A DNA stretch of 64,000 nucleotides from a candidate division WWE3 bacterium (GTDB lineage: Bacteria; Patescibacteriota; WWE3; UBA101185; UBA10185): the NCBI GenBank assembly GCA_052035175.1, contig JBPOHV010000001.1:523338-587337 (forward strand), read 5' to 3'. The notes beneath the pieces were generated by a model, which saw nothing but the letters and a program-made list of their open reading frames with translations, ran no database searches and was not told the origin of the DNA. The first letter of the stretch is position 1. Each line of letters begins with the position of its first letter. Below are positions 60,273 through 64,000 of the stretch, piece after piece. The translations under genes and the position numbers were made by a program.

Positions 60273-60283
60273 AAATTTCAAAA

Positions 60284-62035
60284 TTATTCTGATTGACTCG
60301 ACGTAAGATTTCTTTTATTTTTTGGTATACGATTATTTTCGCGATATACACTAATATCATCTCGAACCCACCCAGGAATAACTGCAACACGCACAACATC
60401 GTTACCGTCTTCAGTTTTACCTTTACCAGTATACAAATAGCTAAAACTGTTAACTGTTGATTTAATTAATGGCTTCTCAATAGGTGCAGTGTCGGGGTCG
60501 TCTAAACTTGTAGCAAGCTCTAATATACTACTCATTCTCAAAGACCCATCATCTTTAATACCATACCCAGAATTATGTCCCCATTCACCCGGCCAAGTAT
60601 AGTTATAATGCTTAGCCAAACCCGCACCCAATGACATAGCACGTACCCACAATTGTCTAAATTTTGAACTTCCCTCAGAAGCTTTACCGTGTTGTGTTTC
60701 TAGATAAGCTTGACCATAAGCACCAGTTTGTTCCAAAAACTGTTTTTCTCGAAAAGCAGGACTTGAAAAATCGTTGGCACTAAAATAAAAGCACTCACTT
60801 TTTATTTGTTCTGCCATTCGATCAACGACAAACCCAGGTAAAGCACCAGCAGTGTAAGACGTCATACCAAGCAATGTGGTGTCATATAAATCAAAGTCTT
60901 CACCAAAGGCTGTCTTTAGTACAGCTAATTGAGACTCAGTCATGGGTTGTGTTACATCACTTTCAACGAATGCGTACTTACCAGTGATCCATGGGTACTT
61001 TTTTTCCATCTCTTTATATTTTACTTTACCACCTTCTAATTGACCGACATTTATATCTCTAACAACGACCCGAAAGTTATCAATCATTTTTTGTCTTCTA
61101 ACAGGGTCATCTATAGTATCGATTTGTTCAATCATCGCGGCAGCAGAATTACCCACACCCCCAGCATAATCAATAATTGTGATTTGAGAATCAGGAGTTT
61201 CATCTAATACCATTTCAACATTGCTCATTAACCGTTTAGCCAGCTCAATTCTTCCCACTTGGTCTTGTGATATCCAATATTCTTTCGGCTCAAGCATAGT
61301 CTTATCTAGTAAAACAGTGTTATACAAACCAAGATATTTCTTATTATAAACTGTACCTGTAACAGCAATTGGACCTTCTACTGCTACATCCTGGGATTGA
61401 TTCATAAGTTCTGACATATCTGTCCCAACCAAATCTTCTGGAATAAACCCAACCATTTGAGCATGATATGCCTCATAACCAGATTGTAGCGCCTTGTATA
61501 AATCAACTCCAGGAACCCAATCGTTTAGAAAAGCTCTCCATGATAACTCTACTTGACTATTTGCACCGTGTCTCAAAACAATACCTTCGTTTTTCATAGC
61601 CCAACTAGAGATCTTCAAAGCAGCTAAAGTCATGTACTTTTTAACTATATCTTTTGCTTCTGTAAAAAACACACCTTTTATTTCATTTAAAAGTTTTGTA
61701 TTTAATAAAGCAGCAGCTTGTTCTTCCAACTGTTCACCAGTAATTCTTTGTTGTCTTAATTCAGCAGGTATATCATTCTCAGTAATAAAAAGCGCGGAGT
61801 CGAGAGTTATTGGATGATCTCGTGTAGTACCTTCATCAACATTTGCAGAATGACGCTGTCTACTTAAACGGCCATCTAACAAACTCTTTACGGTAGCCTC
61901 AGAGAATATTTCTGTAGCTGGTACTTGTCCACGTTCGATGTTTAAAGGAGCAAAACCAGCATGAATAAGTGATCGATAAGAGTCTAATGGATCTGGACCT
62001 TCTTGGTTATGAAGTTCTATAGTTGTTTCTACCAT
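60284..62035 (-). CDS. Hypothetical protein with SAM-methyltransferase-like domain
   Basis: IIDYAGGVGN (motif I-like), VRDIN, SDVT. Confidence 0.55.
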   Translation of the reverse strand: MVETTIELHNQEGPDPLDSYRSLIHAGFAPLNIERGQVPATEIFSEATVKSLLDGRLSRQRHSANVDEGTTRDHPITLDSALFITENDIPAELRQQRITGEQLEEQAAALLNTKLLNEIKGVFFTEAKDIVKKYMTLAALKISSWAMKNEGIVLRHGANSQVELSWRAFLNDWVPGVDLYKALQSGYEAYHAQMVGFIPEDLVGTDMSELMNQSQDVAVEGPIAVTGTVYNKKYLGLYNTVLLDKTMLEPKEYWISQDQVGRIELAKRLMSNVEMVLDETPDSQITIIDYAGGVGNSAAAMIEQIDTIDDPVRRQKMIDNFRVVVRDINVGQLEGGKVKYKEMEKKYPWITGKYAFVESDVTQPMTESQLAVLKTAFGEDFDLYDTTLLGMTSYTAGALPGFVVDRMAEQIKSECFYFSANDFSSPAFREKQFLEQTGAYGQAYLETQHGKASEGSSKFRQLWVRAMSLGAGLAKHYNYTWPGEWGHNSGYGIKDDGSLRMSSILELATSLDDPDTAPIEKPLIKSTVNSFSYLYTGKGKTEDGNDVVRVAVIPGWVRDDISVYRENNRIPKNKRNLTSSQSE

Positions 62036-62083
62036 GCTTAAATTTTATCATAAAGTTATACTTGTCTCCTGTATAATCTTAGT

Positions 62084-63187
62084 ATGAAGTACATAGCCTT
62101 GATTGCACTAATTTTTGTATTAGGCATATCTATACCAACAGTACATGCGCAAAGCATTGAACCACAACAAAAGACTTATCACGGCGTAATCAAAGAAATA
62201 AACAAGCAATCCGAATATGAACAAAACATAACAATCGAGATAACTAACAAAGACATGAAAGGATTGCGTGTAGACACAATGCTAGTTTCTACGACACAGA
62301 CTACTAACGAATACACAGTGAATGACAAAGTTTTGTTACTAAGCGTGCTTGATAAAACATCTAATACAACATCTTTTTATATAACAGATTTTGACCGTTC
62401 TGGTGCACTTGTATGGTTATTCATTTTGTTTGCGTTGGTTGTTTTAATTGTGAGCAAAAAATGGGGGCTATACTCACTCATTGGAATGGGTTATTCATTT
62501 TTTATAATTTTTAAATTTATACTTCCGCAATTGCTCAATGGTTACAACCCATTATTAATAGCAATAATAGGCGCATTGCTGATTTCACCTGTTACATTTT
62601 ATTTGTCACATGGCGTCAACAAAAAAACTTCTGTTGCTTTGATTAGTACTATCACCGCATTATTTATCACAGGCACACTATCGATGATATTTATAAATCT
62701 GGCTAAACTAACTGGATTTGGCACTGATGAAGCTTTCTTTTTGCAAATAGCAAAAGGAGGATCTGTAAATATAAAAGGTATATATTTGGCTGGAATTATA
62801 ATTGGAACTTTGGGAATACTAGACGATGTCACTATTTCACAAGCGTCAATTGTTTATCAACTAAAAAAGTCACTCAACAAGATCAGTGACGTAGAACTAT
62901 ATAAGAAAGCTATGGATATAGGACACGATCATATAGCATCAACGGTTAATACACTCGTGCTTGTTTATACAGGCGCGGCGTTGCCTTTGTTACTGTTGTT
63001 TATTAATTCTTCAAACACTTTTTCAGAAGCTATTAATGCAGAAATAATTGCCGATGAAATTGTAAGGACTTTGGTAGGTAGCATAGGGCTTGTTTTGGCT
63101 GTACCAATAAGCACATTACTTTCTGTACTTTTGATAAATGAATCAGATATTGATATGGTAGATGACTCACACAAACATAATCATTAA
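62084..63187 (+). CDS. YibE/F family membrane protein
   Basis: D.DR, LG.LDDVT..Q, IG.DHIAS.VNTL.L.Y.G, EIVRTLVGSIG. Confidence 0.9.
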   Translation: MKYIALIALIFVLGISIPTVHAQSIEPQQKTYHGVIKEINKQSEYEQNITIEITNKDMKGLRVDTMLVSTTQTTNEYTVNDKVLLLSVLDKTSNTTSFYITDFDRSGALVWLFILFALVVLIVSKKWGLYSLIGMGYSFFIIFKFILPQLLNGYNPLLIAIIGALLISPVTFYLSHGVNKKTSVALISTITALFITGTLSMIFINLAKLTGFGTDEAFFLQIAKGGSVNIKGIYLAGIIIGTLGILDDVTISQASIVYQLKKSLNKISDVELYKKAMDIGHDHIASTVNTLVLVYTGAALPLLLLFINSSNTFSEAINAEIIADEIVRTLVGSIGLVLAVPISTLLSVLLINESDIDMVDDSHKHNH

Positions 63188-63227
63188 GATAAAAGTAAAT
63201 CAATAAAATTTGATAGAATTATCAGAT

Positions 63228-64000
63228 ATGATTCTCATTGTACTTTGGTTTTTGCTAGCATTCTCTTTATTATGGATAGGGTCTGGACTTGCAGTCAAAA
63301 CAATCTCTCATATATCACATACTTTACGTACCTCATCTTTTTTTATTTCATTTTTTATACTAGGAATACTCACATCGATTACAGAGATTACTATTGGAAT
63401 TAATGCTTATATTGAAAACACACCAGAGATATTTGTGGGTAATCTACTGGGCAGTTCAGTGGTTGTGTACTTATTAATTATACCTATCCTTGCGTTGCTT
63501 AATAACCCAATAAAACTCAATCATACGTTGAATTTCAAAAGTATCGCGACTGCAATTTTGGTTGGGGGGTTTCCAGCATTACTAACTTTGGATAATAATT
63601 TTAGTGTAATAGATGGCTTTATCTGCATACTACTTTATATATATTTTGTCTTAATGCTCGACAAAAGCAGTGGACTACTAAATAAACTATTTCATAAAAA
63701 GTTAACTTATAAAGAAATTTTCACAACTGCTATAAAATTAATCTTTGCAATCATATTAGTTTTTGCGGGCAGCCATATACTTGTCGAACAAACACCAATA
63801 CTGGGTAAGCTCCTTGGTGTATCACCTTTTATCATAAGCGTGTTACTGCTCTCAATAGGCACAAATATTCCAGAAATTGCAATCGCAATACGATCAGTTT
63901 TTGCAAAGCACAAAGAAATCGCCTTTGGAAATTATTTGGGATCTGCATCACTCAACACTTTGGAAATTGGTTTATTAACTTTATTAGGAAAATCTTCAGT
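63228..64000 (+). CDS. Sodium:calcium antiporter (3' end outside window; not in ORF track)
   Basis: TSITE, GNLLGSS, SIGTNIPE, GNYLGS alpha-repeat motifs. Confidence 0.85.
   Translation, partial: MILIVLWFLLAFSLLWIGSGLAVKTISHISHTLRTSSFFISFFILGILTSITEITIGINAYIENTPEIFVGNLLGSSVVVYLLIIPILALLNNPIKLNHTLNFKSIATAILVGGFPALLTLDNNFSVIDGFICILLYIYFVLMLDKSSGLLNKLFHKKLTYKEIFTTAIKLIFAIILVFAGSHILVEQTPILGKLLGVSPFIISVLLLSIGTNIPEIAIAIRSVFAKHKEIAFGNYLGSASLNTLEIGLLTLLGKSS

Overview
AT-rich bacterial chromosomal window. Gene content suggests a CPR/Patescibacteria-type genome (inference): a Clp ATPase with N-terminal TM helices, short Rel, GT39 paralogs, class A beta-lactamase-like proteins, and many ATGs just after a -10 box. 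It carries housekeeping genes (rel, dinB, map, leuS, rpmG, rsmI, MacAB-like ABC system) and nine tRNA genes. Two tRNA-anchored accessory loci stand out. (1) A ~5.7 kb element at tRNA-Lys(CTT) bounded by a 38-bp att repeat encodes a large serine recombinase, a TerS-like protein and three defence-like genes. (2) An integrase-less array downstream of tRNA-Phe has single genes in mixed orientation separated by a conserved ~108-bp imperfect inverted-repeat junction partly resembling the tRNA 3' end. Also seen: two ~60-nt promoter/CUUG-hairpin/terminator units of the same architecture, two long hairpins with an identical 20-nt apex, a ~190-nt candidate ncRNA next to tRNA-Val(TAC), and two REP-like palindrome families. 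All calls come from reading the sequence; no searches were run.
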